Positions 20,154 through 30,145 of a DNA stretch of 64,000 nucleotides are shown piece after piece. The position numbers were made by a program, and so were the translations under genes. Below the pieces are notes generated by a model. That model was not told the origin of the DNA and did no database searches. It was given only the letters and a program-made list of their open reading frames with translations. How positions within the stretch are numbered: the first letter of the stretch is position 1; each line of letters begins with the position of its first letter. The stretch is from Alphaproteobacteria bacterium. Lineage in GTDB: Bacteria; Pseudomonadota; Alphaproteobacteria; GCA-2746255. The stretch covers positions 896,001 to 960,000 of the forward strand of contig OZ252220.1 of assembly GCA_965249135.1 (NCBI GenBank), read 5' to 3'.

Positions 20154-21938
20154 TTAAGAAAGGGTTTCCAATTCGTCGATCATGCGTGCAATGACGCCGA
20201 GCCCCTGCCCCCAGAAGGCGGGGTCCGAGGCATCCAACCCGAAAGGTGCGAGCAATTCCCCATGCCGGAGCGTGCCGCCGGCTCGCAGCATGTCGAGATA
20301 TTTCTCCGCAAACCCAGCCTCCGTCTCCTCGTATGCCGCGTAAAGGGAATTCACCAGGCAATCCCCGAAGGCGTAGGCATGGACGTAAAAGGGCGAATGG
20401 ATGAAGTGGGGGATGTAGGCCCAGAAGGCGCGGTAGTCGTCATCGAGACGAATGGCGGGACCTAAGCTTTCCGCCTGCACCTCGAGCCAGATCTCGGACA
20501 GGCGGTCCGCGGAAAGCTCGCCCGCTCTTCGTGCGTCATGGACGCGTTCCTCGAAACTGTGAAAGGCGATCTGGCGGACGACCGTGTTCAGCATGTCCTC
20601 GACCTTCCCCGCCAGCAGGTTGCGCCTCCGCTTGCGCTCCTTCTCAAGGCCCAGCAGCCGCTTGAAGGTCAGCATCTCGCCGAAGACCGAGGCCGTCTCG
20701 GCCAGCGTCAGCGGCGTTTCCGCAAGCAACAGCCCGTTCTTTGCGGCGAGGATCTGATGGACGCCGTGGCCCAGTTCGTGGGCCAGCGTCATGACGTCCC
20801 GCGTCTTTCCCTGATAGTTGAGAAGAAGGTAAGGATGGTGGGACGGCACGGTGGGATGGGCAAAGGCGCCGGAGGCCTTGCCGGGGCGAGGGCCGGCATC
20901 GATCCAGGCCGCATCGAAGAAGCGCTTTCCCACATTCGCCATTTCCAGCGCAAACCCCGCGTAAGCCTCGAGCACGGTGCGCACCGCCTCCTCCCAGGGG
21001 ATGATGCGCACCCCTTCATCCGGCAAGGGCGCGTTCCGGTCCCAGTAATCGAGCCTGTCCACCCCGAACAGGCGCGCCTTCCATGCGTAGTAGCGGTGCG
21101 CGAGGCGCGGATAGGCGTCGCGCACGGCACTCACCAAGGCGCTCACCACCGCATCCTCCACCTGGTTCTCCAGATTCCTCGCCGAGACGGGTTTTGAAAA
21201 CTTCCGCCACGCGTCTTCGATCGCCTTGTCCTTGGCAAGCGTGTTCGTGATCAGTGCAAACAGCCGGATGTTTTCGCCGAACACCTTGCCAAGCGCCTTC
21301 GCAGCCTCTTTGCGAAGTGCGCCCTTCGGGCTTGACAGCAAGTCGAGCGCTTCCGTCTCCGTCAGCTCCTTCCCGTCCACGGAAAAGCGAAGGGCGGCCA
21401 TCGTCTCATCGAAAAGCCGGGTCCAGGCGGCCCGGCCCGAAAGGCGTTTCTCATGGAAGAGCCGCTCAACGTCGTCGGACAATTGATGGTCGCGAAAGAG
21501 ACGGATGTCCCGAAGCCAGGGCCCATAATGGGCAAGGCTGGGCGCGCGCATCTTCTGGGCCAAGGCCTCATCCGAAAGCCGGTTGATCTCAAGCGTGAAG
21601 AACAGAAGCTCGGTGCCGATCGCGTTCGTCTTCTCCTGAATGTCCTGAAGAAACGTGCCGCGTGCCGTATCCTCGACGTCGGCCGCGTAGCGAAGCGTCG
21701 CATAGGCCATAAGCCGGCCGATTCTTTCCTGAATGCGCTCAAAGTCCGCGACGGCGGCTCCCAATTCCTCGCCCGCCATCTCGGCGAGCCTGCCCCCATG
21801 GTTCGTGTGGAAACGCTTGGCCTCCGCCATGGCCGCTTGCACATCGGCCGCAAGTTCGGGCGCCTCGGGGCTTGCATAAAAGTCGCCCAAGTCCCATTCC
21901 GGTAATGGCCTCAACGCGCGCTCGCCGCTTGCATCCAT
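20154..21938 (-). CDS. M3 family oligoendopeptidase F
   Basis: Motifs WDL, GKASGAF, HELGH, AETAS and PHF..SPFYV. Confidence 0.93.
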   Translation of the reverse strand: MDASGERALRPLPEWDLGDFYASPEAPELAADVQAAMAEAKRFHTNHGGRLAEMAGEELGAAVADFERIQERIGRLMAYATLRYAADVEDTARGTFLQDIQEKTNAIGTELLFFTLEINRLSDEALAQKMRAPSLAHYGPWLRDIRLFRDHQLSDDVERLFHEKRLSGRAAWTRLFDETMAALRFSVDGKELTETEALDLLSSPKGALRKEAAKALGKVFGENIRLFALITNTLAKDKAIEDAWRKFSKPVSARNLENQVEDAVVSALVSAVRDAYPRLAHRYYAWKARLFGVDRLDYWDRNAPLPDEGVRIIPWEEAVRTVLEAYAGFALEMANVGKRFFDAAWIDAGPRPGKASGAFAHPTVPSHHPYLLLNYQGKTRDVMTLAHELGHGVHQILAAKNGLLLAETPLTLAETASVFGEMLTFKRLLGLEKERKRRRNLLAGKVEDMLNTVVRQIAFHSFEERVHDARRAGELSADRLSEIWLEVQAESLGPAIRLDDDYRAFWAYIPHFIHSPFYVHAYAFGDCLVNSLYAAYEETEAGFAEKYLDMLRAGGTLRHGELLAPFGLDASDPAFWGQGLGVIARMIDELETLS

Positions 21939-22060
21939 TCGCCCATGCCTTCCGGGATTCCGGCGGGTCTTGACCCTTCAAGGGCAAAGCGATTGCCCCG
22001 CCTGCCCCCTTTCCGTTAAACAATAGGCAGAAAACTGGCATCCGGCCAGACAGGGGGGTC

Positions 22061-23869
22061 ATGGAACCCGCTTACGAAGCTTGGCAGAGCCTGCCGCAGA
22101 TGTTCTTCGACACGGCCGAGGAGAAGGACGCGAAGCCCTTCCTCTGGGCAAAGCGCGAGGGCGCCTACCGTGCGATGACCTGGCGGGAGTGTGCCGAGGC
22201 GGTGCGCGCATTGGCGAACGGGCTCTGCGCCTTAGGCATCCGGCCAGGGGATCGGGTTGTGCTGGTCTCCGAAAGCCGTCCGGAATGGCTGATCGCGGAC
22301 GTCGCCATCATGGCGGCCGGCGGCGTCACGGTGCCGGCCTATGTCACGAACACGATTGCCGACCATCGGCACGTCCTCACGAATTCCGGTGCCAAGGCCG
22401 TCATCGTGTCTTCCGCCAAGCTGGCCGACCGGGTCTTCCCGGCGGCAGCCGACGCGCCGCTTATCGAGACCGTGATCACGATGGAGCCGGCCGAGCCGAC
22501 AACACCGGCCGCCTTCAAGGTCATCCTGTGGGAAGAAACGCTCGCCGCCGGCCGTGACCAGACGGATGCGGTCGCAGACACGATCGCAAACGCCACGCGC
22601 GGCGATCTCGCCTGCCTCATCTACACGTCCGGCACCGGCGGCGCGCCGAAGGGGGTCATGCTGAGCCACGGCGCCATCCTTCACAACTGCGTCGGCGCCT
22701 ACCATGTCCTTATCGAGCTGGGCTTAAGCCGCGAACGTTTCCTTTCCTTCCTTCCCCTTTCCCATTCCTACGAGCACACGGCCGGTCAGTTCTTTCCGAT
22801 CTCGATCGGCGCCGAAATCTATTACGCCGAATCGATCGACAAGCTTTCGACGAACATGGCCGAGGCAAAACCGACGATCATGACGGCGGTGCCCCGGCTT
22901 TACGAAGTCCTCTTTGAGCGTATTCAGAAAGGGGTCGCCAAGGCGGGCAGCGTAAAGGCGAAGCTCTTCGCAAGGGCGGTCGCGTTGGGGCGCAAGGCCT
23001 ACGAACATCCCGGCACGCTTTCCGTGCGTGAACGCCTGCAAAATCGTCTCCTCGACGTCCTCGTTCGCCGCAAGGTCGCCAAACGCTTCGGTGGCAAGCT
23101 GAAGGCGCTGGTCTCAGGGGGCGCGCCGCTCAATTACGAGGTCGGCATGTTCTTCACCGCCCTTGGCCTTCGGCTCCTGCAAGGCTATGGCGAGACGGAA
23201 AGCGGGCCGGTCATCAGTTGCAACCGGCCCAGCCGGAACCGGCTCGACGCCGTCGGCCAGCCGCTCGAGTCAACGGAAGTCCGCATCGCCGAGGACGGGG
23301 AAATCCTGGTGCGCGGCGAGCTCGTCATGCTCGGCTATTGGGGGGACAAGGCGGCGACGGAGGCCGCCATCCGGGACGGCTGGCTCTACACCGGCGACGT
23401 CGGCCAGATCGATCCGGACGGCGCCATCCGGATCACGGATCGCAAGAAGGACATCATCGTGAATTCCGGCGGCGACAACATCTCGCCGCAGCGGGTGGAG
23501 GGCATCCTCGAACTCGAGCCGGAGATCGCCCAGACCATGGTCTATGGCGACCAGAAACCGCACCTCGTCGCCCTCATCGTGCCGAACGCGGAATTCGCCG
23601 AAGAATGGGCCCACGCCCACAAGAAACCCCATGAGCTTTTAAAGCTGCTCGAAGAGGACGCGTTTCGAAAATGCATCCTTGACGCCCTCGATCGGGCGAA
23701 CGCCAAGCTGTCGCCCATGGAAAGGGTGAAGCGTTTCGCGCTCACCGCAGAGGCCTTCACGATCGAGAACCAACGGATGACGCCGACGCTGAAGGTGCGG
23801 CGCCACAAGGTCTGCGAGCATTACGGAGAGACCCTCGAAGGGCTCTACACGGCGAAGAAATCCGCCTAA
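22061..23869 (+). CDS. Long-chain fatty acid-CoA ligase
   Basis: Motifs YTSGTGGAPKG, GYGETE, TGD and TPTLK. Confidence 0.92.
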   Translation: MEPAYEAWQSLPQMFFDTAEEKDAKPFLWAKREGAYRAMTWRECAEAVRALANGLCALGIRPGDRVVLVSESRPEWLIADVAIMAAGGVTVPAYVTNTIADHRHVLTNSGAKAVIVSSAKLADRVFPAAADAPLIETVITMEPAEPTTPAAFKVILWEETLAAGRDQTDAVADTIANATRGDLACLIYTSGTGGAPKGVMLSHGAILHNCVGAYHVLIELGLSRERFLSFLPLSHSYEHTAGQFFPISIGAEIYYAESIDKLSTNMAEAKPTIMTAVPRLYEVLFERIQKGVAKAGSVKAKLFARAVALGRKAYEHPGTLSVRERLQNRLLDVLVRRKVAKRFGGKLKALVSGGAPLNYEVGMFFTALGLRLLQGYGETESGPVISCNRPSRNRLDAVGQPLESTEVRIAEDGEILVRGELVMLGYWGDKAATEAAIRDGWLYTGDVGQIDPDGAIRITDRKKDIIVNSGGDNISPQRVEGILELEPEIAQTMVYGDQKPHLVALIVPNAEFAEEWAHAHKKPHELLKLLEEDAFRKCILDALDRANAKLSPMERVKRFALTAEAFTIENQRMTPTLKVRRHKVCEHYGETLEGLYTAKKSA

Positions 23870-23891
23870 AGGCCGTGCCTAAAGGCCGTGC

Positions 23892-24872
23892 CTAAAAACC
23901 GTGATAGTCGCGGTACCATTTAACGAAGCGGGGGATCCCCTCGTCGATCGCAGTAAAGGGGTGGAAATCGAGATCGCGTTCCGACTCAGTAATGTCGGCG
24001 TAGGTTTCCTTGACGTCGCCTTTCTGCATCGGCTGAAAGTCGATCACCGCCTTCTTTCCCAAGGCCGCCTCGATCAACCCGATGAACCGCATCAAGGGCT
24101 CGCTCCGGTGATTGCCGAGGTTGTAGAAACGATGGGGGGCTTCCCCTTCTCTTAAAGGCGGCAGGCGATCGAGCGCCGCCAGCACGCCTTCGACGATGTC
24201 GTCGATATAGGTGAAATCCCGCTTCATCTCGCCATTGTTGAAGACTTGGACCGGCTCGCCTTCGCTGATCTTCTTCGTGAAGATATAGGCCGACATGTCC
24301 GGCCGCCCCCAGGGGCCATAGACGGTGAAGAAGCGAAGGCCGGTGGCGGGAAGGTCGTGCAGGTGGCTGTAGGTGGCGGCCATCAATTCGCCCGCCCGCT
24401 TCGTCGCCGCATAAAGCGAGATTGGTTTCTCGACCGGGTCCGTCACCGAGAAGGGAAGCTTCGTATTCCCGCCATAGACGGAGGACGAACTCGCATAGAC
24501 GAAATGCTTGAGGCCTGTGAGCCGGCGCGCTAGTTCCAGCATGTGCAGCTGACCGTCCACGTTGGACGCGATATAGGCTTCCGGGTTCTCGAACGAGTAA
24601 CGCACGCCGGCCTGGGCAGCAAAGTGGAGGACGCGATCCGTGTTCTTTAATTCCCTTCCGAAGGCTGCCATCGCATCGCCGTCCGCGATGTCGAGCTTGT
24701 GAAAGGTGAAGCCCTTCTGCTTCGTAAGCTCGCCGAGCCGAGCCTCCTTCAGCTTCACGTCGTAATAGGGGTTGAGGTTGTCGATGCCGATCACTTCCTC
24801 GCCACGGGCAAGCAGCGCGTTTGCCACGTGAAAGCCGATGAAACCGGCGGCCCCGGTGAGAAGAATGGCCAT
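23892..24872 (-). CDS. NAD-dependent epimerase (UDP-glucuronate 4-epimerase type)
   Basis: Motifs TGAAGFIG, AQAGVRYS, YAATK and YGPWGRPDM. Confidence 0.93.
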   Translation of the reverse strand: MAILLTGAAGFIGFHVANALLARGEEVIGIDNLNPYYDVKLKEARLGELTKQKGFTFHKLDIADGDAMAAFGRELKNTDRVLHFAAQAGVRYSFENPEAYIASNVDGQLHMLELARRLTGLKHFVYASSSSVYGGNTKLPFSVTDPVEKPISLYAATKRAGELMAATYSHLHDLPATGLRFFTVYGPWGRPDMSAYIFTKKISEGEPVQVFNNGEMKRDFTYIDDIVEGVLAALDRLPPLREGEAPHRFYNLGNHRSEPLMRFIGLIEAALGKKAVIDFQPMQKGDVKETYADITESERDLDFHPFTAIDEGIPRFVKWYRDYHGF

Positions 24873-24972
24873 GCGCGCGCGAACCCCTTGGATGCGAGGA
24901 CTTCCTATAGCGCGCCTGACGTAAGAAATCACCTGCTCCCGCCTAGGAAGGCGGCTCTCCGAAGCCAAGCTC

Positions 24973-25131
24973 GTGGGCGAGGTTGAAGACAAGCCCGACG
25001 ATAAGCCCGCCAAGAACGCCGCTGCCGCTGAATTAGCCCGGATGGGCGGTCAGGCGCGGGCTAAGAAGTTGAGTAAGAAGCGACGTGCAGAAATCGCCAG
25101 AAAAGCCGCTTTATCGAGATGGAAAAGTTAA
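24973..25131 (+). pseudogene. Small basic protein remnant of a type I recall as an IS passenger gene; N-terminus missing
   Basis: GEVEDKPDDKPAKNAAAAELARMGGQARAKKLSKKRRAEIARKAALSRWKS*; too short for the ORF track. Confidence 0.6.
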
Positions 25132-25419
25132 ATTACTTCTTCTTTTCGATGGGGACGCCTTTGCCTTTGGTGCAGGATTAACAACCGCAGCATCCAAAGT
25201 CATCTTTTTTGAGGTGTTGGAGTCCGCTCTCTGAATCCCGACATTACTTATTCCAACTGCAACACCGGGCGTCATTTGTTCAAGAGTGGGCCCATAGTTT
25301 CCTGGCGCAATCCCGAAAGTGGCCATGAGCATCCATCTGCCCTCATGGACGTTAGTTTGCTTGATGATGAGTTCAAGCAGCTCTTTATTGTTTAGAACAT
25401 ATTGATTAACTTGGGGCAT
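25111..25419 (-). CDS. Hypothetical protein, third gene of the hicA/hicB module
   Basis: 102-aa ORF overlapping the upstream ORF end by 14 bp. Confidence 0.75.
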   Translation of the reverse strand: MPQVNQYVLNNKELLELIIKQTNVHEGRWMLMATFGIAPGNYGPTLEQMTPGVAVGISNVGIQRADSNTSKKMTLDAAVVNPAPKAKASPSKRRSNLTFPSR

Positions 25420-26218
25420 CGTTCAGTCCCAATACTGATAATGTTTGGTATTCGGAGTAAAAATTAAGAACCGGCTGCGTTGGTCCAGTTACCGTCCGTG
25501 GTGTGAGTACCGGCATAAGAACAACCTGTGCCATCTGCTTTGCGGGGCTGCCCACTGATTTAGCGCCGATATGCTCAGCCAGACTGCTAACGATGAATTG
25601 ATTAAGGCTAATGCCATCATGTTCGGCGGCGCGCGCGGCCTTTTTATGGAGGCTTTTCGGCAGTCTCAGTACAAGCTTCCCGCTAAATCCTATACTTTCC
25701 ATGGGTTCAGGGATGCTCTGCCCCTTTTCAAGAGCGGCCTCTAACCAGCTCCACGCGGTATCTTCCAGTTTTGCATATGCCTTCGCTACCGTATTGGCGA
25801 GAACAATACAGCCAGGAAATTCCTGCATCTCCGCACGAAACGATCCATCTTCCTCTGGCACCACTACACGACTGTATGGCTTTTTCAGATAGTCAGCAGG
25901 ATCGACAGACCTTTCAGACTTGACCTTCGTCTTCTGCATCATCTTCATCCAACCTTTTTCCCAAGCGAGGATGTCATCCTCTAACTGATTCAAGATGCTG
26001 TTCCTTGTGCCAGGCGGTAAATCCTTACCGCCGTGATGCGGGATTGCGAGTGATCGCAATTCATCAAATTCTTTGTTTTCCCACATAGGTTCCTTGCCAC
26101 GCTTCACAAGTTCCCGTCCTAGCTTTTTGGCGATTCTCTCAAGCGCACTCGCCTTTTGCGGTGCACGGCGCAGGGCCTCTACTTCTCCCCTAAGCTTGCC
26201 TAGCTTACGATCATCCAT
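25406..26218 (-). CDS. hicB: HicA-like toxin fused in frame to a HicB antitoxin (RHH) with C-terminal extension
   Basis: N-part IPHHGGKDLPPGT..IL is HicA-like. C-part has EFPGC, W...ALE.G..IPEP and SGKLVLRLPKSLH...GISLNQFI. Confidence 0.8.
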   Translation of the reverse strand: MDDRKLGKLRGEVEALRRAPQKASALERIAKKLGRELVKRGKEPMWENKEFDELRSLAIPHHGGKDLPPGTRNSILNQLEDDILAWEKGWMKMMQKTKVKSERSVDPADYLKKPYSRVVVPEEDGSFRAEMQEFPGCIVLANTVAKAYAKLEDTAWSWLEAALEKGQSIPEPMESIGFSGKLVLRLPKSLHKKAARAAEHDGISLNQFIVSSLAEHIGAKSVGSPAKQMAQVVLMPVLTPRTVTGPTQPVLNFYSEYQTLSVLGLNDAPS

Positions 26219-26263
26219 AGTACTATATATGATATCAACAGAGAGTTAAAAGTGCACGACCTC

Positions 26264-26435
26264 ACGTGCGGTAGGATAGCTCGCGGCCTCACACCTCCGG
26301 ATAGGGCGGGTACTGCGTCGCCTCGTCAGCGAACGCGGGCGGCGCAAAGGTGAACACGATGAAAAGGAGGCCGAGAAGGGGCGCAATCCCTCTTTGCCGA
26401 GAGCCGTGCTGTGTCCTGTGAGGCTTACGCCGCAT
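26264..26435 (-). pseudogene. Truncated secreted-protein gene
   Basis: GGAGG RBS; signal-peptide-like LLGLLFIVFTFAPPAFA-DEATQYPPYPEV*GREL; ends at the TA module edge. Confidence 0.5.
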
Positions 26436-26615
26436 CGGGTTTCCTCCCCCGGCGCGTAAAGCGCCTTATTGTGCCTTTCCTTCTATCATAGGAATATTAT
26501 CCTGTAAAGGGTTGATCGCCCCGCGCCCCTCAAAGGCGGCCCATTTACCGGCGGCTCGATTGCAAAGGGGGGGTTCCGAAATTACGTTACCATCAGGGGA
26601 AAGGACGGAACTCGC

Positions 26616-29600
26616 ATGGCGCTCGCCGCAGTCTCGCTCGCCCAAGTCTCGCTCGACGACAAGTATGCCCGGGAAAGCGGCCGGATCTACCTCTCCGGCA
26701 TCCAGGCGCTGGTGCGCCTGCCTCTCATGCAACGCCACCGGGACCGCATCGCCGGCTTGAATACGGCGGGCTTCATCTCCGGCTACCGCGGCTCGCCCTT
26801 GGGCGGGTATGACACGGAGCTTTGGAAAGCGCAGAAGTACCTGGATGCGAACGCCGTCCACTTCCGCCCCGCCGTCAACGAGGATCTGGGCGCCACCGCC
26901 GTCTGGGGAAGCCAGCAGGTGAACCTCTTCGAAGGGGCGAGCTACGACGGCGTCTTTTCAATCTGGTACGGCAAGGGTCCCGGCGTCGATCGTTCCGGCG
27001 ACGTCTTCAAGCATGGCAACGCCGCCGGTTCGTCCCGACATGGCGGAGTCCTGGTGCTGGCCGGCGACGATCACGCGTGCAAGTCCTCGACCATCCCCCA
27101 GCAAAGCGAGTTCGCACTTATCGACGCCGGCATCCCGGTCCTCAACCCGGCCGATATCCAGGACGTGCTCGATTTCGGGCTCATCGGCTGGGCGATGTCG
27201 CGCTATTCCGGTTGCTGGGTCGCCATGAAGGCGATCTCGGAAACCATGGATAGCTCGGCCGCCTGCCTCGTCGCACCGGATCGTGTGCGCTTAAGTCCGC
27301 CGGAAGACTTCGAGATGCCGGAAGCAGGCCTCAACATCCGCTGGCCGGATTCGCCGCTCGCCCAGGAGACCCGGCTGCACCGCCACAAGCTCTATGCGGC
27401 GCGCGCCTTTGCGCGCGCCAACCGCCTCGATCGCGTGGTGCTGGACAGCCCCAACCCCCGTTTCGGCATCCTGACGACGGGCAAGGCGGCCAACGACGTC
27501 CGCCAGGCGCTTCGCAATTTAGGCATCGACGCGGCGGAAGCGGCCCGCATCGGCCTTCGCGTCCTCAAAATCGGCTTAAGCTGGCCCTTGGATCCGAACA
27601 CCTCGCGCAGCTTCGCCGAAGGCCTCGAGGAAGTCCTCATCGTCGAGGAAAAGCGCGCCGTGCTCGAGAACCAGTTGAAAGAGCAGCTTTACAACCTACC
27701 CGCAGGTAACCGCCCCCGCATCGTCGGCAAGCGGGACGAGGAAGGTGCCTGGCTGGTGCCGTCCGATGGCGAGCTTTCGCCGGCCCTCATCGCGCGCGCC
27801 ATCGCGGCCCGGCTTGCGCGGTTCCACACCAGCCCCATGATTGAGGAACGGCTTGCCTTCCTGGAAGCGAAGGAGGCGGCGCTCGAGAAACCGCGCAGTC
27901 TGATCGAGCGCGTCCCCTATTTCTGTTCCGGCTGCCCCCACAACAGCTCGACCCAGGTGCCGGATGAAAGTCGCGCCATGGCCGGCATCGGCTGCCACTA
28001 CATGGTGCAGTGGATGGATCGCTCGACGGACCTCTTCACCCATATGGGCGGCGAGGGTGCGAACTGGATCGGTCAGGCGCCCTTCACCACAACACCCCAC
28101 ATCTTCCAGAACATCGGCGATGGCACCTACTTCCACTCCGGCTTGCTTGCCATCCGCGCCGCCGTCGCGGCCGACGTCAACATCACCTACAAGGTCCTCT
28201 ACAACGACGCCGTCGCCATGACCGGCGGCCAGCCGGTCGACGGCTCGCTTTCCGTCTCCCAGATCACCCATCAGCTTTATGGCGAAGGGGTCGGCCGTAT
28301 CGTCGTCGTGACGGACGAACCCGACAAGTACCCCAAAGACGTCGATTTCGCAGCCGGCGTCACCGTCCACCACCGGGACGCCATGGATCGCCTGCAACGC
28401 GAACTCCGCGAGGTGAAAGGCGTCTCCGTCCTCATCTACGACCAGGTATGCGCGGCCGAAAAACGCCGCCGCCGCAAGCGCGGCTTGCTCGAGGACCCGC
28501 CGCTTCGCGTCTTCATCAACCCGGAAGTCTGCGAAGGCTGCGGCGATTGCGGCACGAAGTCGAATTGCCTTTCCGTCGTGCCCCTCGAGACGGAGTTCGG
28601 CCGCAAGCGGGCGATCGACCAGTCGTCCTGCAACAAGGACTATTCCTGCCTGAACGGCTTCTGCCCAAGCTTCGTCACCGTCGAGGGCGGCGCGCCGCGC
28701 CGGCGAAGCTTAAGCAATCTCGACGGCCTCCCCACGCCCCCCGAACCGGCCCTGCCCAAAACGGCAGAGCCCTACAACATCGTCATCGCCGGCGTCGGCG
28801 GCACCGGCATCGTGACGCTCAGCAACCTCTTGGGCATGGCGGCCCATCTCGAAGGAAAAAGCGTCACCGTGCTCGATCAGACCGGCCTCGCCCAGAAGGG
28901 CGGCGCCGTGTGGAGCCATGTGCGGATCGCGGACGGGCCGGCCGACCTGTTCGCCGTGCGCATACCGGCCGGTCGCGCAGGCCTCCTGCTCGGCTGCGAC
29001 CTCGTCGTGGCGGCAAGTTTCGAGTCGCTGGCCAAGACCTCGCCCGAGACGCGCGCCATCGTCAACAGCCACGAGACGCTGACCGGCGACTTTGCGCGGC
29101 ATCCCGACCTCGCCTTCCCCGAGCACGCCATGCAGGCCGCCATCCGCGAGGCGACGGAAGGTCACGCATCCTTCTTGGACGCAAGCCGCCTTGCCACCCG
29201 CCTGATGGGGGATTCGATTGCGACCAACCTCTTCCTGCTCGGCCACGTCTACCAGAAGGGCCTCGTTCCCCTTTCGGCCGAAGCGATCGCGCGTGCCATC
29301 GAACTGAACGGGGTGGCGGCCGCCCAAAACCTCGATACCTTCCGCTGGGGAAGGTTGTCGGCTGCCGATCCCGACCTCGTCCGGCGCACCGCCGGCATCG
29401 AGGACGAGGCGAAAGAAGAAACGACCGCGCTCGATGCCTTGCTTGCGCGGCGGCGCGAATTCTTGACGAATTATCAGAACGGCCGCCTTGCCGATCGGTA
29501 CGCAGGGCTGGTGAACCGTGCTAGGGAAGCGGAAGCGGCGATCGATGGGCAAGGTCTCGCCATCGCCGTCGCCAAGGCCTATTTCAAGCTTCTCGCCTAC

Positions 29601-30080
29601 AAGGACGAATACGAAGTCGCCCGCCTTTACTCAGACGGCGATTTCGAGCGCCGTCTTCACGATCAGTTCGAAGGGGATTTCAAGATCACCTTTCATCTGG
29701 CGCCGCCGCTTTTTGCGCGTCCCCATCCGGAAACCGGCGAACCCAGGAAGATCCGCTTCGGGCCCTGGATGCAGACGGTCTTTCGCGCACTGGCACCCCT
29801 TCGTTTCCTGCGCGGCACGCCGTTCGACCCCTTCGGCCATGGCGCCGATCGCAAGCGCGAACGCTGGCTGATCGCGGAATACGAGCGCGTCTTGGACGAA
29901 CTCCTCGACGGGTTGACGCCCGAAAACCATGGCTTGGCGATCGAGATCGCAGCACTACCGGAACGCATTCGCGGCTTCGGCCATGTAAAGGAAGCGGCTA
30001 TGATGGACGCGAAACGCCGCGAGGCGGAATTGCTGGCGAATTTTCGGAACGCCGGCCGTTACGTCTCGGCGGCGGAGTGA
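26616..30080 (+). CDS. Indolepyruvate:ferredoxin oxidoreductase family (fused subunits)
   Basis: GYRGSPLG, FCSGCPH, GDGT, CEGCGDC ferredoxin motif, GVGGTG and GLAQKGG. Confidence 0.95.
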   Translation: MALAAVSLAQVSLDDKYARESGRIYLSGIQALVRLPLMQRHRDRIAGLNTAGFISGYRGSPLGGYDTELWKAQKYLDANAVHFRPAVNEDLGATAVWGSQQVNLFEGASYDGVFSIWYGKGPGVDRSGDVFKHGNAAGSSRHGGVLVLAGDDHACKSSTIPQQSEFALIDAGIPVLNPADIQDVLDFGLIGWAMSRYSGCWVAMKAISETMDSSAACLVAPDRVRLSPPEDFEMPEAGLNIRWPDSPLAQETRLHRHKLYAARAFARANRLDRVVLDSPNPRFGILTTGKAANDVRQALRNLGIDAAEAARIGLRVLKIGLSWPLDPNTSRSFAEGLEEVLIVEEKRAVLENQLKEQLYNLPAGNRPRIVGKRDEEGAWLVPSDGELSPALIARAIAARLARFHTSPMIEERLAFLEAKEAALEKPRSLIERVPYFCSGCPHNSSTQVPDESRAMAGIGCHYMVQWMDRSTDLFTHMGGEGANWIGQAPFTTTPHIFQNIGDGTYFHSGLLAIRAAVAADVNITYKVLYNDAVAMTGGQPVDGSLSVSQITHQLYGEGVGRIVVVTDEPDKYPKDVDFAAGVTVHHRDAMDRLQRELREVKGVSVLIYDQVCAAEKRRRRKRGLLEDPPLRVFINPEVCEGCGDCGTKSNCLSVVPLETEFGRKRAIDQSSCNKDYSCLNGFCPSFVTVEGGAPRRRSLSNLDGLPTPPEPALPKTAEPYNIVIAGVGGTGIVTLSNLLGMAAHLEGKSVTVLDQTGLAQKGGAVWSHVRIADGPADLFAVRIPAGRAGLLLGCDLVVAASFESLAKTSPETRAIVNSHETLTGDFARHPDLAFPEHAMQAAIREATEGHASFLDASRLATRLMGDSIATNLFLLGHVYQKGLVPLSAEAIARAIELNGVAAAQNLDTFRWGRLSAADPDLVRRTAGIEDEAKEETTALDALLARRREFLTNYQNGRLADRYAGLVNRAREAEAAIDGQGLAIAVAKAYFKLLAYKDEYEVARLYSDGDFERRLHDQFEGDFKITFHLAPPLFARPHPETGEPRKIRFGPWMQTVFRALAPLRFLRGTPFDPFGHGADRKRERWLIAEYERVLDELLDGLTPENHGLAIEIAALPERIRGFGHVKEAAMMDAKRREAELLANFRNAGRYVSAAE

Positions 30081-30145
30081 GGCATCCAAGGCAAAAGAAC
30101 GAATGGGGGCATTCGGACCGACTGTAACAACGAAGGAAGAAAAAA

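Noticed and set aside
27696-29552. Long overlapping or antisense ORFs (e.g. 28010-29524, 11665-12993, 35084-36397)
   Set aside because: These are shadow frames of recognisable genes in high-GC DNA, with no family motifs.
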